From assembly GCA_003244105.1 (NCBI GenBank), contig QHBK01000017.1, positions 6,907-70,906 of the forward strand: a DNA stretch of 64,000 nt. The letters run 5' to 3'. The notes below the pieces were generated by a model that did no database searches, was not told the origin of the DNA, and saw only the letters and a list, made by a program, of their open reading frames with translations. Within the stretch, counting starts at the first letter, position 1, and every line of letters begins with the position of its first letter. The stretch comes from Candidatus Eremiobacter antarcticus. Lineage in GTDB: Bacteria > Vulcanimicrobiota > Vulcanimicrobiia > Eremiobacterales > Eremiobacteraceae. Of this stretch, positions 27,737 through 36,977 are shown piece after piece. The position numbers and the translations under genes were made by a program.

Positions 27737-28636
27737 TCATTTGGAGCGCGGGTCGAGCGCGTCGCGCAAGCCGTCGCCGAGCAGATTGAAGCCGAGCACC
27801 GTCAGGGAGATTGCAAGCCCCGGAAAGAGCAGCGCCCAGGGAGCGGTGAGCCAGTAATCCCGAGCGTCATTGAGCATGGAGCCCCATTCGGGGGTGGGCG
27901 GCTGGATGCCTAAGCCCAAATACGACAATCCCGCCGAATCGAGCTCGGCCGTGCCGACGCCAAGCGTCGCTTGCACGATCAGCGGCGCGAGGATGTTCGG
28001 AAAGACATAGCGCGCGAGCAAGCGCGGAGTGCCGCTGCCGATGGCGCGTGCCGCCTCCACGTACTCCATCTCCTTGACGGAGAGCACGGAAGAACGCGCG
28101 ATGCGAGCGTACACTGGAATTGCCACGATCCCGATGGCGAAGAACAGTTTGACGACGTCGCTCACCCGCTGATCCAGGATCGCGGAGATCGCGATCGCGA
28201 GGATGATGGTGGGGAACGCGAGCATGACGTCCATCAGTCCCATCAGCGCGCTGTCCAGTGCGCCGCCCCAAAAGCCGGAGATGATCCCAATGAGCGTGCC
28301 GATGGTCAGCGCGATGCCGACCGAGACAAATCCGATCTCCACCGAGAGGCGCGCGCCAAAGAGCATGCGCGTGAAGATGTCGCGGCCGAGCTTATCAGTG
28401 CCCGCCAAGTGCTGCCATGACGGGCGCGAGACCGGCAGCGCGAGGTTTTGGGCCAGCGGGTCGGCGTGCGCTGAGATGAGGGGCGCGAATATGGCTGCAA
28501 TAGCCAGAGCGAAGATGATGGCCAGTCCGATGAGCGCCGATGGACTTCTGCGAAACCGCCGCCAGGTATCGGTCCAGACCGACGTATAGGGCGCATCGAG
28601 GGTCGCGGTCGCAAGCGCGATGCCGGCTTGCGCCAT
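27737..28636 (-). CDS. ABC transporter permease of the DppC/OppC (binding-protein-dependent) family
   Basis: EAA-loop-type permease, 6 TM helices, N-terminal MAQAGIALATATLDAPYTSVWTDTWRRFRRSPSALIGLAII typical of DppC. No DppA/B/D/F partner genes in the window. Confidence 0.8.
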   Translation of the reverse strand: MAQAGIALATATLDAPYTSVWTDTWRRFRRSPSALIGLAIIFALAIAAIFAPLISAHADPLAQNLALPVSRPSWQHLAGTDKLGRDIFTRMLFGARLSVEIGFVSVGIALTIGTLIGIISGFWGGALDSALMGLMDVMLAFPTIILAIAISAILDQRVSDVVKLFFAIGIVAIPVYARIARSSVLSVKEMEYVEAARAIGSGTPRLLARYVFPNILAPLIVQATLGVGTAELDSAGLSYLGLGIQPPTPEWGSMLNDARDYWLTAPWALLFPGLAISLTVLGFNLLGDGLRDALDPRSK

Positions 28637-28640
28637 CGTC

Positions 28641-30365
28641 TTACACTTCCATCACGACCGGGACGATCATGGGCCGGCGCTTGGTGCGGTCGAAGACGAA
28701 TTTCTGCAGCCCCTTGTGGACGTGCTCGCGGATGGTCGTCCACTCGGTCAGGCCGTTTGCCGCTCCGCCTTCCATGATGACGGATGCCTCGCGCCGCACG
28801 TCCTCGAGCAGCCCATCCGAATCGCCGCCGCCATAGGTGAAGCCTCGCGATGTGATGTCCGGACCCGCGAGCACTTTTCCGTCGACGCTGTCGATCGTCA
28901 CCGTGACGACGATCATGCCGTCGGCGGACAGGTGGCGCCGGTCGCGCAAGACGACGTTGCCGACGTCTCCCACGCCGAGCCCGTCGACGTAGACGGGAGC
29001 GCCCGAGATCTTGCCGTCATGACCTGCGCTTGTCGCCGTGAACTGGACGACGTCCCCATTCTCGACGACGAAGATGTTCTCGGGCGGAACGCCGGTGCGC
29101 TCGGCTAAGCGCGCGTGCTGGACGAGCATGCGGTACTCGCCGTGCACCGGGATGAAATACTTTGGCCGCACCAAGTTGAGCATCAGCAGCAGCTCTTCTT
29201 GGCAGCCGTGGCCCGAGACATGCGCCATGCGCTGCTTTCCATAGATGACCGTGACGCCCAACTTGAACAGGTTGTTGATGGTGCGCCCCACGCTGCGCTC
29301 GTTGCCGGGGATCGGCGTCGCGGAAAGGATCACCGTGTCGCCGCGCTTGAGCTGCACGCGCCGGTGATCGTTCACGGCCATGCGCACGAGCGCCGATGTC
29401 GGCTCGCCTTGGCTGCCGGTCGTGCAGATGACGACTTTATCGTCGCGGAAGTTGTCGAGCTCGTGTTCGCGGATCTGCATGCCCGGCGAGATCTGCAGAT
29501 AGCCGTGCTCGAGCGCGATCGAGCTGATATTCTGCATGGAACGCCCGACGAAGCAGACCTTGCGGTCGTAACGCGCGGCCGCGTCGATGGTCTGCTGCAG
29601 ACGGGGCACATTGGAAGCGAACATCGTGATGATAATGCGGCCGGCGCATTGCGCGAAGATGTCGTTGAAGGTCTCGCCCACCACGCTTTCCGAAAACGTA
29701 TGGCCGGGCACTTCGGCGTTCGTGGAATCAGAGGACAGCAGCAAGACGCCTTCGCGCCCGAATTGCGCCAGCGATGCCATGTCCGTCGGCTGACCGTCGA
29801 TCGGCGTCTGATCGAACTTGAAGTCGCCGGTGTGGATCACGGTGCCGAGCGGCGTTCGAATCGCCAGGCAACACGAGCCTGAGACGCTATGAGTCACCGA
29901 GATGAACGTCACCTCGAGCCGCCCAGCCTGGACCTCGACGCCGGGATCGGTGACGCGCAGATCTGCAACGTTCAGGAGCTTGTGCTCTTTCAGCTTGCCG
30001 CGCAAGAGCGCGAGCGTCACGTCCGTGCCGTACACCGGCACGTTGAGTTGTGCCAGAAAGAACGGCACGCCGCCGACGTGGTCTTCATGCGCGTGCGTCA
30101 GGAAGAGTCCGCGAACTTTATGGCGCTTCTCGACGAGATACGACGCGTCATTGATGACGAGATCGACCCCCAGCATCTCTTCTTCCGGGAATTGCACGCC
30201 GGCGTCGACGACGATGATGTCGTCTTGCGTCTCGTAGACCGTGGTGTTGCGGCCGATCTCGCCGCAGCCACCGAGCGGAATGACCCTGAGGTACTCACCC
30301 GAGGGCGTGACTAAAGGCTCGTAGGGCATATCGCCCTTCGCCTTCGCGAAGAACTCGTGCAGCAT
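28641..30365 (-). CDS. rnj: ribonuclease J (metallo-beta-lactamase / beta-CASP RNase)
   Basis: LRVIPLGGCGEIGRNTTVYE...FLTHAHEDHVGGVPF (HxHxDH motif), beta-CASP region and C-terminal domain; 574 aa. Confidence 0.92.
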   Translation of the reverse strand: MLHEFFAKAKGDMPYEPLVTPSGEYLRVIPLGGCGEIGRNTTVYETQDDIIVVDAGVQFPEEEMLGVDLVINDASYLVEKRHKVRGLFLTHAHEDHVGGVPFFLAQLNVPVYGTDVTLALLRGKLKEHKLLNVADLRVTDPGVEVQAGRLEVTFISVTHSVSGSCCLAIRTPLGTVIHTGDFKFDQTPIDGQPTDMASLAQFGREGVLLLSSDSTNAEVPGHTFSESVVGETFNDIFAQCAGRIIITMFASNVPRLQQTIDAAARYDRKVCFVGRSMQNISSIALEHGYLQISPGMQIREHELDNFRDDKVVICTTGSQGEPTSALVRMAVNDHRRVQLKRGDTVILSATPIPGNERSVGRTINNLFKLGVTVIYGKQRMAHVSGHGCQEELLLMLNLVRPKYFIPVHGEYRMLVQHARLAERTGVPPENIFVVENGDVVQFTATSAGHDGKISGAPVYVDGLGVGDVGNVVLRDRRHLSADGMIVVTVTIDSVDGKVLAGPDITSRGFTYGGGDSDGLLEDVRREASVIMEGGAANGLTEWTTIREHVHKGLQKFVFDRTKRRPMIVPVVMEV

Positions 30366-30407
30366 CAGCCCGTTATTTTGGCGGTCGCCGGCGTTGGCCT
30401 GCCGCGC

Positions 30408-30956
30408 TCACAACGCGGTTGCCTTCCATGTCAGCTGCGCGGCGTCGAGCGCTCGCGGACACAAAAGCTCGATGGTCGTCTCTTCGTCTGGGCGCAGCTG
30501 CACGATGGTGACGGCCGAGCCCTCTTGACCGTCGCGTGAACGCACGTGCAGCTCGAGCACAGCCGACAGCTTCACGTGACGACGGTTTATCACGCGAGCT
30601 CGCACGATCGGACTGCCTAAGAAATCTTTGGTCACAAACGCGCTGAGAACGGCAAGACGGGCGTCCAACTCGTGAACCGCGCCATCGGCAAACGCAGGTG
30701 TCTCGGTACGGGCAGCAATCAAGAAGTCGCGCAGCTCCGCCTCCCGGCGCTCCATCATGGCGACGCGCAAGAGCCGCGCGACGCGCCGGCGCAGCGCCAG
30801 CTCCGCCGCTTGACTTGCACCTGCCGCTTTGGCGCCTATCGCGCCAGATCTCAGCGAGCGGGCGTGATGCTTTTTGAAATGCGGCGCCTTCGCCGCGTGC
30901 GGTTGAGCGTGTGGCCAAGCCGTCGCCCACACCAGGGCCATAATCACGATCAGCAT
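30408..30956 (-). CDS. hypothetical secreted protein
   Basis: Start taken at MLIVIMALVWATAWPHAQ (signal-peptide-like), transcribed divergently from the GntR operon. The longer track ORF begins 50 codons upstream. Confidence 0.45.
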   Translation of the reverse strand: MLIVIMALVWATAWPHAQPHAAKAPHFKKHHARSLRSGAIGAKAAGASQAAELALRRRVARLLRVAMMERREAELRDFLIAARTETPAFADGAVHELDARLAVLSAFVTKDFLGSPIVRARVINRRHVKLSAVLELHVRSRDGQEGSAVTIVQLRPDEETTIELLCPRALDAAQLTWKATAL

Positions 30957-31013
30957 GGAGGGTTTATCCCTCGGCGGCTTCGGGCGGCAACGCCCGGGAG
31001 GGCTCAAGAGTGC

Positions 31014-31061
31014 TTGACAACCCACTGACGGTATGTATAATTGTCTTAATTGCTTAAGACA
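31014..31061 (+). promoter_or_regulatory. sigma70-type promoter (TTGACA-16 nt-TATAAT) followed at once by a perfect inverted repeat TGTCTTAA-ttgc-TTAAGACA, the candidate operator of the downstream YtrA-type GntR regulator
   Basis: TTGACA at 31014-31019, TATAAT at 31036-31041, palindrome 31042-31061. This is the only AT-rich patch in a GC-rich intergenic region, ~35 nt upstream of the regulator start. Confidence 0.7.
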
Positions 31062-31095
31062 ATAGGACAGAGAAAACTCCAAACCGTGACGCGCC

Positions 31096-31467
31096 GTGTT
31101 TCGCATCAGTGAAGCCAGCGGAATCCCGGTCTATCTCCAACTCAAGGAGCAGGTGTTGCATCTCATCGCCCTCGGCAGGTTACGGCCCGGCGATCAGCTT
31201 CCGACGGTGCGGGAAGTCGCCGTGGACTTGTCCATCAACCCCAACACTGTCAACCGCGCGTACGCAGACTTGGAGCGCGACGGCTACCTCACGAGCAAAC
31301 GCGGGCGCGGCACGTTCGTCAGCGAGCCTGTGGCCGGCAAAGGCGCTCACGCGCAACAGGACAAGCTGCGCGACATCTCGCGGCGGGCGCTCGCGGAATG
31401 CGATCTCTTCGGGTTCACGGCCGATGAACTGCTGCGCGCCATCAAGCGGCTGAGCCATGCGCCCTGA
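31096..31467 (+). CDS. GntR-family transcriptional regulator, short YtrA-like subfamily
   Basis: 123 aa. Winged-HTH block PVYLQLKEQVLHLIALGRLRPGDQLPTVREVAVDLSINPNTVNRAYADLERDGYLTSKRGRGTFV, then only a short C-terminal helix pair as in YtrA-type regulators. GTG start. Confidence 0.85.
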   Translation: MFRISEASGIPVYLQLKEQVLHLIALGRLRPGDQLPTVREVAVDLSINPNTVNRAYADLERDGYLTSKRGRGTFVSEPVAGKGAHAQQDKLRDISRRALAECDLFGFTADELLRAIKRLSHAP

Positions 31468-31514
31468 AGCGCAACACACCATCCATATCCATGCATAGAC
31501 GGAGGCACCATCTC

Positions 31515-32486
31515 ATGCCAGTGATCACGACGATTCCCCCCACGCCGCCGTCGGGCGCCGCAGTGACCGCCGGACCGCAAGCGCCGCACGTCGGCAATGC
31601 GATCTCTTGGCTGATCGCCGCGATCTGCGTCGGCGCCGGCATCGCTGCGACCATCTTCTCGGAGCAGCCGCTGTACGCGTTCGTCGGCCTTATCCTTGCC
31701 CTGCTCGCCGTGACGTCCATCCAGATCGCGAAGGCGTGGGAAAAGGCGGTCGTGCCGAGACTGGGCCGTTTTCAGGGACTCGTCGGGCCGGGCATCTTCA
31801 TCATCGTTCCGGCGGTTGACAACGTCACCGCTTGGATCGATCAACGCGTTCAGACGAGCACGTTCATGGCCGAGCAAACGCTCACCAAGGACACGGTTCC
31901 GGTGGACGTCGATGCGGTGCTGTTCTGGGTGGTGTGGGACGCGAAAAAGGCTGCTCTCGAGGTCGCATCCTACCGCGACGCCATCGGCTGGGCCGCACAA
32001 ACGGCGCTGCGCGACATCATCGGCACGACCAATCTTGCCGAACTGCTCTCGAACCGCCAAGCGATCGACGCGCATCTGCAACAAGCGATCGACGCGCGCA
32101 CGACGCCTTGGGGGATCACCGTGCAGTCGGTCGAGATCCGCGACATCAAGATCCCTGAAAACCTGCAGGACGCGATGTCACGACAGGCGCAGGCCGAACG
32201 GGAGCGCCAAGCCCGAGTGATTTTGGGAGATGCCGAGCGGCAAATCGCGGAATTATTCCTTGAGGCGGCGAAGTCGTACGTCGATAATCCTATCGCGCTT
32301 CATCTGCGCGCGATGAACATGTTGTACGAAGGCTTGAAGGAGAAGGGCGCGATGATCGTCGTTCCCAGCACCGCGGTTGAGACGATGGGTCTCGGCACCA
32401 TCTCCGGCTTGGCGGCTTTGAGCGGCGCCCGCGCGGGGCTCGCTCCCGACGAGGCGCAGGCCGCTTCCAAAGCGGACGCCTCTTAA
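31515..32486 (+). CDS. SPFH/band-7 (stomatin-like) membrane protein
   Basis: N-terminal TM helix then SPFH domain (IFIIVPAVDNV...VPVDVDAVLFWVVWDAKKAALEV...ITVQSVEIRDIKIPENLQDAMSRQAQAERERQARVILGDAE). GGAGG lies 8 nt before ATG 31515. Confidence 0.88.
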   Translation: MPVITTIPPTPPSGAAVTAGPQAPHVGNAISWLIAAICVGAGIAATIFSEQPLYAFVGLILALLAVTSIQIAKAWEKAVVPRLGRFQGLVGPGIFIIVPAVDNVTAWIDQRVQTSTFMAEQTLTKDTVPVDVDAVLFWVVWDAKKAALEVASYRDAIGWAAQTALRDIIGTTNLAELLSNRQAIDAHLQQAIDARTTPWGITVQSVEIRDIKIPENLQDAMSRQAQAERERQARVILGDAERQIAELFLEAAKSYVDNPIALHLRAMNMLYEGLKEKGAMIVVPSTAVETMGLGTISGLAALSGARAGLAPDEAQAASKADAS

Positions 32487-32513
32487 GAGAAGACATAGAG
32501 AAAGGATGACCAC

Positions 32514-33215
32514 ATGCTTTTTCGGGTCCTGATGATAGCGCTCGCGCTCGGCGGCAGCTCGGCGTCTGCCGCGTTGGCTGCCGATGCGCCGCCTGCGCCA
32601 CCGGACGGCACGTACAGCTATTCCATCGATCGCGCCTCCGCGAACATCGGCACGTCGACCGTCACCGTAAAGCGATCGGGCGACGCGATCATGGTGCACG
32701 AGACGCAGGCGATGCCGGCCCAAAAGTTCGCCGTCACCGTCGATGAGACGCTGGCCGGCTCGCAGCTCGCGCCGAAATCGTACGTCGGAAACTATACGAT
32801 GGAAGGAGGAACTCCAGTGGTGGTGCGCATGAGCTTCAACGGATCGCGCGCAGACGCCACGGTTGACGGCGCGTCGGGTTCGACGTCGCTGAAGCTGCCG
32901 CCACGCATCACGTCGGGTTACGTCATCGAAGGCGCGCTCTTGACCGGCTTTTTGTTTCTGCCCGCACAACTGCACGCTTCCAGGGCGACGGCCTTTGCCG
33001 GCATCGTGCCGAGCAAGCTGACGCAGGTCACGAATACGGTGGATCGCGGCATGAGGCCGGTGCGGCCGCCCGGCGCGCCTGCCAACGACATCGCCGTATC
33101 CATTCGCGGGCCTGTCGATTTTCAAGAGTGGTACGATCCTACGACGTTCGTGCTCGACGCTGTGTCCGTGCCCTCCCAAAACGTCCTCATCCACTTGACG
33201 AAAAGGAGTGGCTGA
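32514..33215 (+). CDS. hypothetical secreted protein (signal peptide, beta-rich)
   Basis: MLFRVLMIALALGGSSASAALAADAPPAPP signal peptide; no recognisable family; coding-like codon usage. Confidence 0.6.
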   Translation: MLFRVLMIALALGGSSASAALAADAPPAPPDGTYSYSIDRASANIGTSTVTVKRSGDAIMVHETQAMPAQKFAVTVDETLAGSQLAPKSYVGNYTMEGGTPVVVRMSFNGSRADATVDGASGSTSLKLPPRITSGYVIEGALLTGFLFLPAQLHASRATAFAGIVPSKLTQVTNTVDRGMRPVRPPGAPANDIAVSIRGPVDFQEWYDPTTFVLDAVSVPSQNVLIHLTKRSG

Positions 33216-33217
33216 AT

Positions 33218-33940
33218 ATGGCGGTTGATGAGCGCGAGATAACTCCCGCGCAGCGGAGCAGCGGCCTGGCCAAGGCGCTGTCGGTGATCATCAGCCCCAA
33301 AGCCGCCTTCGAACAGCTCGCGGCGATGCCCGCTTGGGGCTGGGCGGCGATCATCGGCATCGCTTTGACGCTCGGAGCGGTGTTGCTGTCACTGCACGCG
33401 CAGTCGCATCTCGTTTCGGTCATGCAGGACCAACGGATCGCGCAAATGCCGAGCGAGCAACAAGCCGCAGCCCGGACTCAGCTTGCGAAGTTCGCTTCGC
33501 TGAGCAGTATCTTCATCATCATCGGCGCGCTGGTCGGGCCGTGGCTTGCCTGGCTCATCGCGGCAGTCGTGTTTATCATTGCGGCGGCCTTGGGCGGCGG
33601 CACGGCGACGTTTGGGCGCGCTTGGGTGGCTGCCGTGAACTGCTACATCGTCTACGGGATCGCGGGTCTGGTGAACGCCATCATCCTCTCGCTGCGCGAT
33701 CCGTCGACCGTGAACTCGATGGCGGACGTCATGTCGCTGCCGTCGCTTGCCATGATCGTGCACCCGGGGATCAAGCTGACGGCCTTTCTGTTCAATTACA
33801 ACGTTCTGTATATCTGGTACTACGTGGTCGTCGCGATCGCGCTGTACATCATGTTGAAACTTTCGCGCACCGCTGCCATCGTCACGGCGGTCCTCTACAG
33901 CCTGATTTGGGCTCTGTATCTTTACGCCACCGCCAAGTGA
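33218..33940 (+). CDS. Yip1-domain integral membrane protein
   Basis: AAGGAG 7 nt before ATG 33218. Five hydrophobic helices with the Yip1/YIF1-like arrangement (PAWGWAAIIGIALTLGAVLL...IFIIIGALVGPWLAWLIAAVVFII...). Confidence 0.7.
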   Translation: MAVDEREITPAQRSSGLAKALSVIISPKAAFEQLAAMPAWGWAAIIGIALTLGAVLLSLHAQSHLVSVMQDQRIAQMPSEQQAAARTQLAKFASLSSIFIIIGALVGPWLAWLIAAVVFIIAAALGGGTATFGRAWVAAVNCYIVYGIAGLVNAIILSLRDPSTVNSMADVMSLPSLAMIVHPGIKLTAFLFNYNVLYIWYYVVVAIALYIMLKLSRTAAIVTAVLYSLIWALYLYATAK

Positions 33941-33944
33941 GAGG

Positions 33945-35378
33945 ATGAGGCAGCGACCGTCTGCGCAAGAGCGCGCAGCAGCGTGCGGAATCGCCGGGCT
34001 CCTCTTGTGCGTTGCCCTTGATTCATCGCCCGCGGCGGTCCGCGCCGAGGCGATGCCCGCGCCTAGCCCCGGTCCTTCGATGACGCTGAAGCAAGCCGTC
34101 GATTTCGCGCTCGCGCACAACCCGTCCATCGTTCAGGCGCAGGCGCAAGCGATCGCCGCGGCGGCGCTGCTGACCCGCAACCGTTCCGGGCAGCTTCCGC
34201 AGGTGGCGGCCAACGCCCAGTCGCTGCTGCAGCGCCAGAGCGCCAACAATGCAGGGACGTTCGCTCAGTTCGGACTGCAGCCGACGGCGAATTTCTCGCA
34301 GAACACGAGCCAATTGCTGGGCACAGCCAATGTGATCAATTTCACTTCGACCTTGGAAGCGCGCCAAGCGAAGCGGTCCTACGATGCCGCCGTGCAGAAC
34401 GTGCGGCTGACACGCCAACAGACGACGCTGGCCGTGGAGAGCGGCTACTATGCGCTCGTGCAAGACGCCGACCTTGTCAAGCTGGCAAACGAAGACCTCG
34501 CCTACCAGCGCACCCTGCGCGACATCGCAGACGCAAATTTTCGCGCCGGCAAAGTGGCCGGCATCGACAGGCTCAAGGCCCAGGTGCAGCTCACGTCAAG
34601 CCAGCAGCGCCTGGCGTCCGCACAAGCGGACGTCGACGATGCCCGTCAGAACCTCGCGCAGCTGATCGGCGCGCAGCCGGCGCAAGGCTTCCTTCTGCCC
34701 ACGACCGTCGAGCTGCCGGTCTTGCCGTCTCTCGATCGAGCGGGGCTCGAGACGCTCGCGCTTTCCCAGCGGCCCGAGGTCGCGATCGCGCAAGCCAACG
34801 TGGACAACGCGCGTTACGCCAATGCCCTCGTCGACGCGCCGAACCGGCCGGTCGTGCAGCTGAGCGGCGGCTGGGGCAATCAGACGTCGCCCACGGCCAA
34901 CGCTTTGGCATTCGACCAATGCACGCTCGCGAACCAGAATCTGCCGCTTGCGGTGGCGCCGCTGAATTGCTCGCCGGGCGCCTCGCACTTCTACAACGTC
35001 AGCCTGTCGTCGACGTGGAGCTTGCCACTGCTGGATTGGGGCACGGTGCATGCGGCCCATCTGAGCGCCAGAGCCACCATCGACTCCAACCAGGCCAACT
35101 TGGATGCGGCTCGCAGGCAAGCCGTCGTCGATGTGGATGAGGCCCTGCGGCGCGTCGAAGTCCAGCGCCAAAACCTCGCGCTGGCCGGCGCCAACGCCGA
35201 TATCGCTAAGCAAGTGGCCCAGACGTCTCAAGTGCAGTACAAAGTCGGTCTGATCGGCCAGATCGAAGTGACAGCAGCGCAACAGACGTATTTGCAGGCA
35301 GCCAGGGACTATCTGATCGCGCAGATCGGCTACGTGTTGTCGGCGGAAAAACTGAAGCTGGCGACGGGCTCGCTGTGA
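33945..35378 (+). CDS. TolC-like outer membrane efflux protein (OEP family)
   Basis: Signal peptide, then two-repeat alpha-helical/beta-barrel OEP architecture (LKQAVDFALAHNPSIVQAQAQ..., coiled-coil heptads, LTAAQQTYLQAARDYLIAQIGY). Confidence 0.85.
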   Translation: MRQRPSAQERAAACGIAGLLLCVALDSSPAAVRAEAMPAPSPGPSMTLKQAVDFALAHNPSIVQAQAQAIAAAALLTRNRSGQLPQVAANAQSLLQRQSANNAGTFAQFGLQPTANFSQNTSQLLGTANVINFTSTLEARQAKRSYDAAVQNVRLTRQQTTLAVESGYYALVQDADLVKLANEDLAYQRTLRDIADANFRAGKVAGIDRLKAQVQLTSSQQRLASAQADVDDARQNLAQLIGAQPAQGFLLPTTVELPVLPSLDRAGLETLALSQRPEVAIAQANVDNARYANALVDAPNRPVVQLSGGWGNQTSPTANALAFDQCTLANQNLPLAVAPLNCSPGASHFYNVSLSSTWSLPLLDWGTVHAAHLSARATIDSNQANLDAARRQAVVDVDEALRRVEVQRQNLALAGANADIAKQVAQTSQVQYKVGLIGQIEVTAAQQTYLQAARDYLIAQIGYVLSAEKLKLATGSL

Positions 35379-35413
35379 CCGGTTTCCGGTAGATCGCAAG
35401 GACGCATACGCGC

Positions 35414-36967
35414 ATGCCGAAATGGCTTCTGATCCTTCTCGTGGCCGCAGGCATCGCCCTGACGATCCTTGTCGGCGCACTCGCGCACCGCGGCGGCCAG
35501 GCGCAAAGCGTGGGCACGATGACGGTCCACCCCAGCACGCTGGTCGTAAAGCTGCCGGAGAACGGCATCGTCTCGCTGCCCCAGACCGCCACGATCGCCG
35601 CGCAATCCACCGGGCCGATCACCTGGATCGGCGTGCATGAGGGCCAACGCGTGAGCCCGGGCGATCTCTTGATGCGGTTGAACGACCGGCAGATCTCGGC
35701 CACCGTCAGCCGCGACAGCGCGGCGCTGGCGCAAGCCGAAGCCGGCCTGCGAAAAGCGGAGCAGACCGCGGCGGTCTCGCCGAACACGAACGTTCAGAAC
35801 GTCGCGCAAGCCCAAGAAACGCTGCTGGCCGCGCAAGCAAAGCTCAAGGCCGACATCAACGGCAAACGAGCAGGGCAGCTGTCGGGGACCGTATCGGGCG
35901 CAGGCTTCGGCTTGAACGGCCAGTCGCAACTGGTCGAGCAGCAGCAAGCGCTTTCCGTGGCCTCGTCGCAACTCCGAACGGCAAAAGAGCGCTACGACGG
36001 CGACAAGGAGCTGTACCGGATCAACGCGTTGGCGCGCCAGCAGCTCGACGCCGACCGAGCTGCCTACGAGCAGGCGCTTTCCGCGAAATTAGCAGCGCAG
36101 CGTCAATACGATCTGACCCTGCGGCAGCTGCGCGATAACTCCGGACAGCTCGATAGCCAGATCGAGGCCGACCGTCATGCCGTCGAAGGCGCCCGAGCGG
36201 CTCTGTCTTCCGCCCAGCTGCAGTCGAAGCAAGACACAGCGGCGGTCGACTTGCGCTCGGCTCAAGCCGGAGTCGACTCGGCGCGCGCGCAGCTCCAGTA
36301 CGACGAGGAGATGCTGGCCGACACTCAGGTGAGGGCGCCGTTCGACGGCGTCATCCAGACGATCGGAAGCACCCCATCATCCAGCGGCGCCTCGAGCGTG
36401 CGCCTGTCGGTCGGCGATGCGGTGCAGCCGGGTCAAGCGCTGTTCACGATCGCGGGCGCCGGTCCCATGATCGTAAGGGCGCAAGTGGACGAGCAAGACA
36501 TCATCAACGTGCACGTCGGGCAGCACGCGTTCATATCGGGCGAAGACTTTCCCGGACGGACGATCGTGGGAACGGTCGTGCGCATCGCTCCGGTGGTGAT
36601 CGCTCAGAACCAGGGGACGACGTCTGCCAAGAACGTGGAGACGACGATCGCTCTCCCCCGCACCTATCCGTTCCTGCGCGACGGCATGTCCGCCGACGTC
36701 GACGTCATCACGGGCAAAACGGCGCACGCGTTGACCGTTCCAAGCTCCGCGGTGGTGAACGAGGGCAAAAAGCGCTTCGTCTTCGTGGCCAAAGACGGCA
36801 AAGCGCGCAAGACGCCGGTCCGGCTTGGCCTCGCCGGCGACACCGACGTGGTGGCCATATCCGGCCTGCACGCAGGCGACGCGGTGATCTTGAGCCCGGC
36901 CGGCCTCAAGGACGGGCAGAAAGTGTCGGCTTCCGCGGCGACGCCGGCGCCCTCACCGAGCGTCTGA
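35414..36967 (+). CDS. periplasmic adaptor / membrane fusion protein (MacA/HlyD family) with unusually long coiled-coil hairpin
   Basis: N-terminal TM anchor, biotinyl-lipoyl-like half (GIVSLPQTATIAAQSTGPITWIGVHEGQRVSPGDLLMRL), ~250 aa of coiled coil, second lipoyl half (VRAPFDGVIQTIG), beta-barrel and membrane-proximal domain. Confidence 0.88.
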   Translation: MPKWLLILLVAAGIALTILVGALAHRGGQAQSVGTMTVHPSTLVVKLPENGIVSLPQTATIAAQSTGPITWIGVHEGQRVSPGDLLMRLNDRQISATVSRDSAALAQAEAGLRKAEQTAAVSPNTNVQNVAQAQETLLAAQAKLKADINGKRAGQLSGTVSGAGFGLNGQSQLVEQQQALSVASSQLRTAKERYDGDKELYRINALARQQLDADRAAYEQALSAKLAAQRQYDLTLRQLRDNSGQLDSQIEADRHAVEGARAALSSAQLQSKQDTAAVDLRSAQAGVDSARAQLQYDEEMLADTQVRAPFDGVIQTIGSTPSSSGASSVRLSVGDAVQPGQALFTIAGAGPMIVRAQVDEQDIINVHVGQHAFISGEDFPGRTIVGTVVRIAPVVIAQNQGTTSAKNVETTIALPRTYPFLRDGMSADVDVITGKTAHALTVPSSAVVNEGKKRFVFVAKDGKARKTPVRLGLAGDTDVVAISGLHAGDAVILSPAGLKDGQKVSASAATPAPSPSV

Positions 36968-36977
36968 GCTACCCGTC

